Of a stretch of 64,000 bases of DNA, positions 25,808 to 37,849 are shown one piece after another. Numbering within the stretch: position 1 is the stretch's first letter; each line of letters opens with the position of its first letter. Source of the stretch: Balanoglossus misakiensis (taxonomy: Eukaryota; Animalia; Hemichordata). The notes under the pieces are model-generated. The model saw nothing but the letters and a program-made list of their open reading frames with translations, had not been told where the DNA came from and ran no database searches. A program made the translations under genes and the position numbers. The stretch covers positions 10,462,844-10,526,843 of the forward strand of contig CM082588.2 of the NCBI GenBank assembly GCA_040954595.2, read 5' to 3'.

Positions 25808-26124
25808 GATCTACGAGTTTGAAATCTTAGGTGAAGATTTTATCAATTTCACTGCCAACCATGTAGGGCATACTGGGATATGTGTACATGCCAAAGCACA
25901 AACAGTTATGACCTGACAGCTCAGTTTGTAGATCATTTCTACAAATCCACAAAGAAACTCAAAGTTTAGAAAAGTCAGGCCTGTTAGAAATATTATAAAT
26001 ATCACTGTTAATACTAATTTCAAAGCCATGTGAATTTGTTCACTTTATGGAAATTTTTAAAGGAAGGGAGGATTGGTATTGACTTGAATAATTACAACGG
26101 ATGTTTTTTTCTCTCTATTTTCAG

Positions 26125-26244
26125 ATGTGAATGAGTGTTCAGATTCTGTTTGTGCTGGAGGTTTTCTCAATGCAGAGGGTGGATTCAGCTGTAGTTGTGG
26201 TGATGATGGTTTCTCTCTGAGTGCAGAGCATGTCAATTGTTTAG
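26125..26244 (+). CDS. cbEGF exon 3 (one Cys lost)
   Basis: Phase 1-1, 120 nt. DVNECSDSVCAGGFLNAEGGFSCSCGDDGFSLSAEHVNCL. Confidence 0.88.
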
Positions 26245-28107
26245 GTAAGTTTTTTTTGAGTGGGGAGGGGATAGGTCAACAATGGATTTGCATTTCCTGC
26301 TTCAAAAGGGCGCTTACAGAAGTTGTAAGTGACAGACTTTACAGTCAGTCACCATGTTAAAACAGAAAATAATTAAAAGTTATCAGGCACTTTCCATAGT
26401 TAGAAATTTAAAAAAATAGCGTCAAGGACACCTGGTGCTCTCTCAGTGTGTAGTGGCTGATGAGCAGCATGTTTGGAGAACAGTGGTTTGGTATATGGGT
26501 GAAAGGAACAATTTGCAAACACCAAGGTGAAATGCTGAACTGTTTTGCTCATGTAATATTGAATGAAGCTTGATAAGGTGGGTGCTTGGCAGAGGGAAAA
26601 ACCACTTGTCAATGGCTCTAATAACTGTTTTAAATTTAGTCTTAAAATGGCCCGCACACACAAATGGCCTCACACAAATATATTCTGTCATTTCCCTCTC
26701 AGATTTTGTATCTTATGTTATACTGATGGAATTCATTGTGTATTGTCGTATCAAATTGCACCAGTGCAAGCTATGAGAAATGTGTTTTGAAAAAAAAACA
26801 GTGCAAGTAGAAGCACTAGTCTAAACGTGAAAGAAATATATTTTGAAAAAAAATATCAGACAGCATTCAAGATCAGCTTAAGTGTTTTGATAAAAAGTTC
26901 TCCATTTTCAAGTATATAGGTAATGTCATGTGCTGACTATAGTAGTGTAGGTGTTAGCAAAAAAATACATGAATTGTTCAAACAGAAAGTTCAATCATTT
27001 AGTTTCCCCAGTTTATGGGAGCATAGCAGTTGTGAACATAGTATATGAAATAATTTTAAAAAGTCATTGCTCTCTGGTCCATCATTTTCGGTAGAAGTGA
27101 CCTGATTTCACATCAATAGTTTCCCACCTGTCATTTCCAGCTAATTTCATGTAGAACAAAACTCTTATACAACATAATGACATTTCTAGAACTTATTTTT
27201 GCTGGTTGGGCCCACAGACTAACACTAGTCGTTCTAAAAAGAAACTTCCATAACAACCTGTACGCTTGACGCGTTCAAGTCAAGGCACACCTAACCAATT
27301 CAAAATATGCAAATTAGAAAAAGACGCATATGCATTATTTGTGTCCCCAGAGACACACACAGGAAATCAAGCGAGTGCGGCCACTAGCTGGAAGAGCTGA
27401 ATTCAATGTATTGCCTTACAATGTTCATGATAAAGGGGGGGGGGGGGGGGGGGGTGATGATCAATGAACAGAACAGCGGTCCAATTTCACGCATTGTAGT
27501 GCACTGATCGTGGCAAGTTGATCATGGCAAAACAAATGACGATGTTAGATAGCAGTTCTTCACAAGTTTGACCAATTTGTATGAAAATCGTCTCGCCAAA
27601 CACAACTGTTTTCTCGCGGGTAGTGAAAACACTGCTGGCTAATCCGTTCCGATTTCTGTCACTGTTCCAATTCTTCCTCAACACCTCAAAGCTACACACC
27701 ACCGCCAAAAACATAAAGCTACACACCCCTACTAGAAAATGGTATGAATTCTTGACGGACGGAAGTAGTTTGACAGACGGAAGTAGTAGCTCATACCCAA
27801 CTTGACAGACTCCTCTGTTTACACTTCGGAGCCAAAACAATGAGTTTGTTGTCTTATGCATGATATTTTTGGCTTTCAAACACTACCTTGTTAAATGTTA
27901 TTTGGTTACTACATTGTTTGTTTATCAGTATTCAGTACTGGTACAGATAAACATATGATATGACCAAGTTGTATGCCAGATGATATTTATTAAGTTTCAC
28001 ACAATTTTGCTCTCTTGTCGTATATTTTCAAATGTCCACTCAAAGACAACTGTAATTCACATGTATTCATTCTAATACATTTTATGATATTTGTGTTTTC
28101 CCTGCAG

Positions 28108-28217
28108 ATGACAATGAGTGCGATCAAGCTGGTTGGTCACCATGCCAACGAGTATGTTACAACACACCAACCAGTTACCAGTGTGGTTGCAGACCAGGAT
28201 TCAACATACATGCGTTG
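28108..28217 (+). CDS. cbEGF exon 4 with internal deletion (phase 1 to 0)
   Basis: DDNECDQAGWSPCQRVCYNTPTSYQCGCRPGF then NIHAL. The ancestral QHTCV end is present in a shifted frame. Confidence 0.88.
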
Positions 28218-28358
28218 GTGAGTATCTACAATTTGGAGAGAAAGTAAGATGTATGGGTTTGTACTTAGTGTCTTATACATGTATATGTGACACTGAAATC
28301 ATATATTGTACAATCAGTCATTGGTAAATGTCGGCTATTCATGACACAAATCAACATA

Positions 28359-28543
28359 CAGTCAAACCTGTTTGAGTGGCCACCTCTATTAGGCAGCCAC
28401 CTCTATATAGTGGCCACTTTATTCTAGTCCCTGTGCAATTTACATCTACATTAATTGACTTTCTACAAGGTATAATGGCCACTTATCTATAAAGGCCAGT
28501 TTAGAAAAGTCCCTTCACTAGCCATAATGAGCAGGTTTGACTG
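28359..28543. mobile_element. pogo/Tigger-like MITE
   Basis: ta|cagtcaaacctgtt ... gcaggtttgactg. Confidence 0.75.
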
Positions 28544-29001
28544 CTGTTGTGTTGATTTCTGTCTTTTTTACGTGTAACACAATCATGACATTTTTCATAA
28601 AGAGGGCAGCCTTCCAAAATAAAGTGTCATCTCAATGCAGACAATGTGAAAAAGGCGGTCAGTAGAGTACTGCTCGAGCTCATCTAGTTTGTTGTATACA
28701 TGATACAAGTTGCGTGTAAAACTGACCTTACAATAAAATGTGGCTGTCGAACATAAGTCCCAACTATAGTGTTGATACACAAGACAATCAAGTTTTTACT
28801 TTGTGACCAACTGGCCTCATGTTTGCATCTTGGAAGGGTAACATGACTGCATAGCAATGTTTTATTAAAATTTGGTACATAGAGAAATGGACTACTGTGA
28901 CAGTATTGACTCTGGGAACTATGTAGATGATGCCCAGCCTAAAATACTGACTCTCTGCAATTATATTTTTTAGCATTTTTGTTCAATTGCACTTTCAAGT
29001 A

Positions 29002-29171
29002 CAGTCAAACCTGTCTAACACCAAAGGGACTGAAGAAATTGTTCAGATTGCAGGTGTACAATTTAAAGAGGTTCTTTCAACATGTGGTTCTATGTCAAAA
29101 GGTTTGAACAATGTCTTTGAAATAGACAGGTTTCCAGATTAGACAGGGTTCGGTTGAGACAGGTTTTACTG
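29002..29171. mobile_element. pogo/Tigger-like MITE
   Basis: ta|cagtcaaacctgtct ... agacaggttttactg|ta. Confidence 0.8.
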
Positions 29172-30294
29172 TATTTTGATACATGCTCTGGCTTAACCCT
29201 TTCACCACTATGGTTCAGTCTAAACCTTTTATTTTCTATGGTAAGGTTGGATCTTTAAAGAGGAAACTGTTTTTTTCTGAGAATCTATTTATTTCCTCTG
29301 TCACAAAAATTGCATGGGAGTTCTAATTCTAAAAGGAAAACTGATTTGATAAAAGATCTCAAAGTCAAGTTTTGGATGTGGCTCCATTTCAAGTATTGTA
29401 GGTGACTAGTTTTTCCGGAGTTCAAGTCTGTATACTTGCAGTAGAGTTTGTCACATGGACTTGGGTAATCTGAGTGAGGTCAGAAATTGAACTTACACAC
29501 ATTTAGTTGAGTTAAGAACATATCTGGTGTATTACTGTAATATGACTAGATACTGCAAATGCCTTAACTATAAGTGTATGTTAAAATACAGTTTCCATGG
29601 ACAAATGTGAGTGATGAAATTAAATACACATGTTCATTAAAATCCACCATGATAGAGCGCCCCCACTGTTCAGAATGTCCATTTTGAAGTCCTACATCTA
29701 TGACGTCATGCCTAGCTGTCAATGTTAACTGATGTGCACTTGTACTACTAGTAAATGGAAGTACTTTAAAGTAAAGCTCAGATGCAAGGTTTTGTAAAAT
29801 AAATATAATATTAAAACGTTGCCATCATTTTAGTCCTTTGGAACAGCTGTCCTATTGACTAATGTGATCACTCTGTGTACGGCATATGGCATATTAAGCA
29901 TATTAAGCATTTAGTATTTTTCAATCAGAAACCGTTAATCCTGTGATTAATTCTTCTTCTTGCAACATTGATTTTAAATCACCACACATGAATATTTTTG
30001 TCCAAAGGACTGCGATGCCCAAGTTTTTTTATGATAAGATAAACAAACAGTGAAATTCAGTGAAGAAGTGAGCGAGCACTTGCCCATTCATTGTTCAATG
30101 AAAGGTGACCGCCAAAACAAAAGTATTGAGAAAATAACCCGAAGTTGGAGTTGCTGAGTTTTAAATTGATTTCAATAATCTCCCAAGTGAAAAGCTTGGC
30201 TTGGCTGAAGCTCCTGTAGTCATGTTACATGTAGGTAGATTGACACAGATGACAATGTTTGAATGTTTACACTTTTCTTTGTTTGATCTTTCAG

Positions 30295-30546
30295 AGGAAT
30301 ATTCAAGCACTGCAGAAGAATCTAGAGATGGCACAGAAAAAAGAACTTGAATTGAAACAACAGCAAGATCAACATGCCAGACAAAGTCAACTCATAGCTC
30401 TAAGACAACAACATCAACAACAACAGCAATTACAAAGGTTACAACAAGAGAGAGCCCAACAATAACAACAACAACAACAACAAGCAGTGCAAGCACAGCC
30501 ATCCAATATACAATCAACAAATCAACAACTAAAACACCTCTTACAA
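30295..30546 (+). CDS. MED25-like coiled-coil/poly-Q exon with NR box (LKHLL)
   Basis: Phase 0-0, 252 nt. RNIQALQKNLEMAQKKELELKQQ...NQQLKHLLQ. TAA at 30463 lies within a CAA run. Confidence 0.8.
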
Positions 30547-31724
30547 GTAAGTTGTCATAATAATGTGTACAGTGAATATTTTGAAAACCAAGACTGGTAC
30601 CAGTGGCACTTCTGGGAATTGTTATGTGGGGAAAAATGAAATCAGTTTTCTCAAAAAGGAGCTTTCTTGATGGTACAAATAACATGGTCTGTGCCATTCC
30701 CAAAATGATTTTAATGTATTGAAGACCTGACAGTCACACAGAATAAATTCAATGAACTATTTGCCCAACATGACAACTTTTCCCCACACAGATTTAGACG
30801 TGGTGGGTATGGCTGATTTGCCTCAAATCGGCCATACGCACCACATCTATTAATATTCATGATTTTACTTTTCATGTTTATGTACACTCTTATAACAATA
30901 GGAAATCTAGAGAATGGCTATTTCATCAAGTTGACAACCCCCGCATGTGTAAGTCATGTACATAAACAAAAATAGTCTGGTGTGTGGAGCCTCCTCCCTT
31001 TTTACAGGAAGTACTTTCGAAAAATGTTTATGCAATCAGTTCACACTCATGATCAATTTTGTGTCAGAATTATTGTCCAAGTCAGCATGCCATAGATATA
31101 TTGATGAAATAAACATTGGGACCAATAGGATTAAGGGAGGTGTGACTGGTCCAACCTTTTCAGTTTTAGTGTGGGGGGAAAAGCTGGAAGGAAAGCAGAC
31201 CTAAATTACTGACAAAGAAATACAACAAATCTTGTCTCATTCTTATTTTCAATTCCTCTAGTTTTTCCATGGTACCAGTGTGGAAGCACTGATGATAACC
31301 TCTGACAGACAGTTTTAAATGACGACAATCATCTTACTCTTATGCACATATGCGTTAATTTTGTGTGTACAAAATAACGTCCAATCCAAATATTCTGCAC
31401 AATTTTATGTGCGTGCATTCATATAGTGGACTGCCTTCGCTTCCTTCTATATTTCTTGCATGCCAGATAAGAAGAATTTAGTTTTGTCTCTTCTTTTCAC
31501 TCAATTTGCTGTCTTTTCCTAATCTATGACACAGACTATGGTTGCCGCCACCTTGTCTGTTGTTAAGACAGCACTTGTGGCATAGATAACAATTTTGTAA
31601 CTAGAGTCTCTGCTTTGGCAAATGTGTGTTAGATGAACATTACACTTTAACAAAAGTCTGCTTAGAATTTAAATCATATTCTCTTCAAAATGTCTGCATC
31701 TGAGAACATGGTGAATTAAAGCTG

Positions 31725-34237
31725 AAAGCAGTGTTCACTGGGCCCAAGCAATTCCCAGGGTTCCTACAGAATGCTAAGGATTATCTGCTGTGGATACCCA
31801 AAATTTTGTCAAAAAGTTTTGATCCTAAACTGATCTATGTCCTACAAAATCTAAACTTCTAGATCTATTGGTTAGCCTAGAATTAGGAGTGTACATAATT
31901 AATTAGGTCAACAGGGGTCTTGAAACTAACCATCAATTTTAGACACAGCCTAAATCAATTTCCCATTGTACAGTAACTAACTATATGCCGCCCTAAATTT
32001 CAGTCTGATTGACAAATGTAAAGAAAAATATAGCTGTGAACAGCAATAAGCGGGTTTCGAGACACTACTAGCCCTATTGGTTCGCCTGGAGATAGATTTG
32101 TGCATATTTAATTACTGCATTAGTTGTTCTATCACTCCAAATGCCAAGGGTGTATGTGCTGTGGATGCTGAGATGTGGAAAAGTAGGTCAAAGGTCACGT
32201 GAGGTCACGCTTAATATGAGCAGAAAATGTTTACGCTATACTGGTCCATGTCAAACAAAAACCAGACCTGTAGCCCTACTGGTTTGCCTGGAATTAGGTA
32301 TGCACATAATTAATGAGTTAGGTAGGTGTCACAGGTGACTCTAAAATTTGGCTTCTTATTTTGGTCCCGTCCACCCAAACACCTAAGCTGTACCTGCTCT
32401 GGATGCCGAGATATGTGAAAGTAGGTCAAAGGTCACCCAAGGACATCCAAAGTTTGGGGGAAAAAATTGTCCCCATACTGGTCCATGTCCGACAAAAACC
32501 AGACCTGTAGCCCTATTGGTTTGCCTGGAATTAGGTATGCACATAGTTAATGAGTTAAGCAGGTGTCACAGGTGAGCCTTAAATTTGGCTTCTTATTTTG
32601 GTCCCGTCCACCCAAACACCTAAGCTGTACCTGCTCTGGATGCCGAGATATGTGAAAGTAGGTCAAAGGTCACCCAAGGACATCCAAAGTTTGGGGGAAA
32701 AAATTGTCCCCATACTGGTCCATGTCCGACAAAAACCAGACCTGTAGCCCTATTGGTTTGCCTGGAATTAGGTATGCACATAATTAATGAGTTAGGCAGG
32801 TGTCACAGGTGACTCTAAAATTTGGCTTCTTATTTTGGTCCCGTCCACCCAAACACCTAAGCTGTACCTGCTCTGGATGCAGAGATATGTGAAAGTAGGT
32901 CAAAGGTCACCCAAGGACATCCAAAGTTTGGGGAAAAAAATTGTCCCCATACTGGTCCATGTCCGACAAAAACCAGACCTGTAGCCCTATTGGTTTGCCT
33001 GGAATTAGGTATGTACATAGTTAATGAGTTAAGCAGGTGTCACAGGTGAGCCTTAAATTTGGCTTCTTATTTTGGTCCCATCCACCCAAACACCTAAGCT
33101 GTATCTGCTCTGGATGCTGAGATATGCGAAAGTAGGTCAAAGGTCACCCAAGGTCACCCAAAATGTGGGGAAAAAATTTGACCCCATACTGGTCCATGTC
33201 CGACAAAAACCAGACCTGTAGCCCTATTAGTTTGCCTGGAATTAGGTATGCACATAGTTAATGAGTTGAGCAGGTGTCACAGGTGAGCCTTAAATTTGGC
33301 TTCTTATTTTGGTCCCATCCACCCAAACACCTGAGCTGTACCTGCTCTGGATGCTGAGATATGTGAAAGTAGGTCAAAGGTCACCCAAGGTCACCCAAAA
33401 TTTGGGGAAAAAATTTGACCCCATACTGGTCCATGTCCGACAAAAACCAGACCTGTAGCCCTATTGGTTTGCCTGGAATTAGGTATGCACATAATTAATG
33501 AGTTGAGCAGGTGTCACAGGTGAGCCTTAAATTTGGCTTCTTATTTTGGTCCTATGCTGCAGACTATTGCACCGACCAGAATTCTACAAAACTATGTGGC
33601 CATAGCTTAAGTATAGTGGAATAAGTATAGGTATAGATTTCATAAAAAAATTAATATAAAAAAATCGGTCGATTTTCCATATTATTTTTTCCAGTTGGAA
33701 CTGATTGTCGGAAGGTAGGCTAGCTGCACACAAAATTTGAAGCTGATCAGCCCAGCGGATGTTGAGATATTGGGCATAAATCTAAAATCCTAGGGGGCCA
33801 TTGCTTAACCATGGAAAGTATAGGCCAATGGCTGGGTCCAATGGTCATGGAAAATATGAAAAATAATGCTTTAAAAATCATCTCCTCAAAATCGGCAAGG
33901 ACTTAGACATTGAAATTTGGCATATAGGACCCCGGCCATATGGTCCACAAAGTTTCTGAACAGAATTTGGATTCTTCATTTTTTATGCAAATTAGACCAA
34001 TTTAAAAGTTTAAATCCAAGATGGCTGCCAGGTCATGTGACCTGTTGCCATAGTGACATGATCAAAAAATTACTTGCTTTGAGTTTTACCTATGAGCCAA
34101 ATTTCAAGTCATTGGGTGCAACGGTCTTCGAATAGCGGCTGTTTTTAAAAGTGGGAAGAAGAATAATAATAATAATAATAAAAAACAACACGATTTCAAG
34201 AGGGTTTCGAGACCCCTCTGGTCTCGAAACCCTAATT
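31725..34237 (-). mobile_element. Helentron-associated element (HINE) with central array
   Basis: 5' hairpin agggtttcgagacc-cctct-ggtctcgaaaccct (34201-34233), an (aat)n microsatellite, a central tandem array, and a 3' subterminal agggttcc with hairpin cagtgttcactg (31729-31740). Confidence 0.75.
32155..33553. repeat. 237-bp tandem array, ~6 copies
   Basis: ccagacctgtagcc at 32262, 32499, 32736, 32973, 33210 and 33447. Confidence 0.97.
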
Positions 34238-34319
34238 AAAAAGAAGTGTCTCCTGATACATTGCCATTTGCTGTGAAGTGACTTTAAAAGAAAACTGTTT
34301 TGTTTGTATTTAACTGCAG

Positions 34320-34568
34320 CAGCAGCAACAAGCCAGCGGAACAAAAGCAACCATTCCACCACCACAACAACAAACATGGCAACAACAACAACAACAGCAA
34401 CAGTTATCAGAACAACAACAACAACAGCTGTAACTAGGACAACAGCCACGGCCGCGACCACAGGTACCTCAGATGGACTTGGCACCCAGCATGCAACAAA
34501 CACTGCAACAATCATGTAGTAATCTGCTGGCTGTTGACATGAGTCTTTTTGATATTCCGAATCAATAA
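34320..34568 (+). CDS. Terminal Q-rich exon
   Basis: QQQASGTKATIPPPQQQTWQQ...L*LGQQPRPRPQ...NLLAVDMSLFDIPNQ*. Internal TAA at 34431. Confidence 0.7.
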
Positions 34569-35261
34569 ATTCTTACAGGAAACTGACTATAATGAACAGG
34601 AGACTGTTCATGCCTTCATTACCGTTGTAACTTCTATATACTAAATGAAACCCAGATGCCCAAAGAAATGTCAGAAAATTCTCAAGGTTTTTTCCAGACA
34701 GTCAAGTATTGGGGATTTGGAATATTTATCACTCTCATTTACTGTATACAGACATATCCATTCCAAAGCTATCACCTCCACTCATTCTTCAGTGTTCCTT
34801 GATTTAAAAAAAAAAATTTAAACAGATCAAATAACACGAAATTGTTATTCCAGTGTAGTAACATAATATACTCGGTCTGTACTAATTCTTGCATTAGCTT
34901 TACATTGTTTCCATCATAATGCCTTATTTCAATATAACCATATTTGTATGCTGGGAGGATGTAACTAGTTGTCAGTGTCTATTGTAATACAAAGTATGCC
35001 ATACACAAAGCAACTGTGCATTGTCTTCTGGTGTGAAAAAATGATACTTAGGATGTATGTAAAATGGGAAATTTTCATGAGAGATAAATTCGCCCGAATC
35101 ATGCAAGTGCTAAAAAAACACGAAACTAAAAAGTCGCGTAAACATGTTTTTCAGAAATAATGATGAATTGAAATTCGAGAATGCGAAAATTAATCGTTGC
35201 ATAACAGTTGCCACATTTGATATTATGAAAATTTCCCGTTGCGAAAATTTCATGTTTTACA

Positions 35262-35638
35262 GTATATAGCCATATTTTTTCCACTTCCAAAACTAACATC
35301 AAGAGTGATGCATGCCACTGGCCCAATAAAGCCTGATAGCTCTTGCTGGGAATTGTGATGTAACTACCATCCCCCTTAAAGTCACTGACATAAACTGAAC
35401 AATGGCGATTGTGTGTAAGGTTATAGTAAAGGCAAGGCTAATTTAAATTTAAAATGGTACCAATCCTTAATCACACATATGTATCCTTTGACCAATCATT
35501 GGAAAAACAAAGTCCGTGATTGACTTCAAAGTAATGCTAATTACATCACGATTCCCTGCAAGGGGTATCATGCTTTATTGGGCCAGTGGCATGCATAGTT
35601 TTTTGAAAGCAAAGCAGATAAAATACAGCTATATACTA
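35262..35638. mobile_element. MITE with ~100-bp imperfect TIRs
   Basis: agtatatagc...atgcatgccactggcccaataaagc versus gctttattgggccagtggcatgcat...gctatatact. Confidence 0.7.
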
Positions 35639-37849
35639 GACTAATACCTTATTAACTCCTGATCATTGGAGAATGTATCTCTAAAGTTACTCTCTATCGC
35701 TCCCTCAGGGAAGAGAGCAATAGACAGCTCTTTCAGTGTCAGAACTTCCAGTTGTATACCAATCATTTGTATTACCCAATCACAGACTTTGTGTTATTGG
35801 TCATTTATCTATCCAATTGAAACTCACATGTTCATTGGAGCATTACACCAAAGAAGTCACACTATAACAGTGACAATACAACACTTGCAAAAACATGGAT
35901 TGCTCAGGTCAGCCTATCTGGTTCCAGATTATGTGACCCAACTAATGCAGCTATAATGAATGTGTTTGGTTATATACAGAGAATTGTAGGTTGTATGAGA
36001 CATGTTAATATTACACTCTAGCATGGGGCAATGTATATTTATCATGTGAAAGCCACGAAGTCACTAGCTCTTGATGTTCATTTTCTATTTTTGTTGTTGA
36101 ATAATTTGTTATGAAATTGGATTGAAGCTGAACTCACAGCATATGTGTGGACATAACACGTTTATACGTCCATGTAATAATTTTTGTTAAAGCCAAACAA
36201 TTAAATATCACCATTATAACAAAATTAACAACAATCTAACCCCGGGGCTGTCACTAATTTGAATGGATACCGATCCAGAGTTAATGTTTCATTGGGAAGT
36301 CTAACAGTGTTTTGAAATGTCACATTGTAATTTGAAAGTTTGGGCTTGGGCAGTGACAATGACATTGTTTGTGTACACAATTTGAAATGGAGCTCTTTGA
36401 AAAGAGAAAAGTGGTGTGTGGAAAAGAATGAAGTCTTTGGGCTTATATCAGGTGCCTTCATTTGACTCTCAAGGAGAGTTTTGTAAAACAATTAACTTGT
36501 TGTGTGTCAGCATTATTGGGAAAGATTAAGCACACACATGTATACAGGTTAGATAAAAATGGAAAATTACCATCAGCCTTTTTTCTTAGCACTCTCACCA
36601 TTCACCCCCAGTTCCCTGTGTAGACATCCAACTTTTCCAACAGAAACAATGGATTTGGACCGAACCATTAGTTCATTTGAATACCGGTATGTATGTAATA
36701 TCTGTATTTATAACATACCTCATGCTAACACTGTGTCATGATTCGCCAGAATCCGTCAGGTGATAAGAAAATAGAATCGACTATGAATCCCTTGGGGAAA
36801 TAGCAGAAAATATATAAACTGGTCACGTGACCAAAGGGATATAAAAGAATCCCATGCATATACATAGTCAGTTCACCTCTGTAGCCAGACTGGCCATACA
36901 TATGAACTGATGATGTCCCTGTTTTAGGCATATGGCTTGTGAAACTGTTAAACCATTTTGTTGTGTTTTGTGTTTGGTGATCGGCAAAATCCGTGACAAG
37001 CATGGTAGAATCAAACTATTAGATGCATGTTAAGAAATATAGTCAATTATTAGGAAGTGACCATAGTTGCCAAACGATTAAAATCACATTTTTAATAACA
37101 ATATTCACATGTCATTGTTTCTACATTTCTAGAATTTCAGCCATTCATTTTATGTTTGTGTGAAGAATGACACCTTGAGGCTGTAGAATCATGTATAGTG
37201 CTGAAGGGAAGGGGGGACACGATTCCTCAATTTCTTTCATTTTGCATAAGATGCTAAGTTGGTTTAATTTTTTTCCGGATATTGCTTATATTGTACTGAA
37301 AGTTTGGTATGTTATGCAGTTTTTAAGAAGAGCTTTTGACAAACATTTCAGTGTACTTTCAAGACTGCTAGAGTATGTACATAGTGTATGCAGCGTTAGG
37401 AAGAAATATCTTTGATATTTTTATTCTAACAATTTTCCTATCAGGATAAACAAGTAGACAGAGATATCATGTTTGGATTTTTGCATACATAAAATAAATA
37501 TTCTGATAAAATGAGTGCTTTTGTCTGTCTCTTTGATTTCAGGTGAGGATCAGCCGCTCCAACAAATGGTCTGCTTACTTCCCTTTTTCATCTGATTAAA
37601 ATCAAATGTAGTGTTAGGCGCTGGTGATGATTTTGGCTATTCTGTTCTCAGTTGTTAGCTGGGAACTACTGGTCAGATTGCTTTGAAAAGTGGTATGCAT
37701 GTTTCTTATGCCAAGATCATAGAGCTATATAAGTTCTAAGCTAACATCGTGAATTGTCTACTTTTTATGAATGTTTTGTCTTTTAACACAATGGTAAAAT
37801 ATTTTCTATGAAAGTAATTGGCTGATTTCTTTAACATTTAGTATAAATC

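Larger units (their letters stand above)
4393..34568 (+). pseudogene. Chimeric MED25-like / cbEGF spliced locus with nonsense lesions (pseudogene or truncated young gene)
   Basis: A chain of AG/GT-bounded exons: (4393-4406), 8368-8466, 10623-10884, 11311-11494, 12085-12207, 13463-13579, 26125-26244, 28108-28217, 30295-30546, 34320-34568. In-frame stops at 13555, 30463 and 34431. AATAAA overlaps the final stop. Confidence 0.75.

Noticed and set aside
12085-28217. Naming the EGF exons as Notch, fibrillin or fibulin
   Set aside because: cbEGF repeats alone are not diagnostic, and no signal peptide or family-specific domain is present.
10709-34433. TAA read as Gln (non-standard genetic code), since three in-frame TAAs fall in Q-rich runs
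   Set aside because: CAA>TAA is a single transition in CAA-rich DNA. A TGA and lost cysteines also occur, and TAA ends the Academ ORF and the terminal exon normally.
30392-34519. Poly-Val and poly-Thr ORFs (30392-30703, 34090-34515, 34304-34519)
   Set aside because: These are antisense or shifted readings of CAA-rich poly-Q exons.
8368-34568. Calling this the functional MED25 orthologue
   Set aside because: Only one VWA exon is seen, no ACID domain was found, and there are several nonsense codons.
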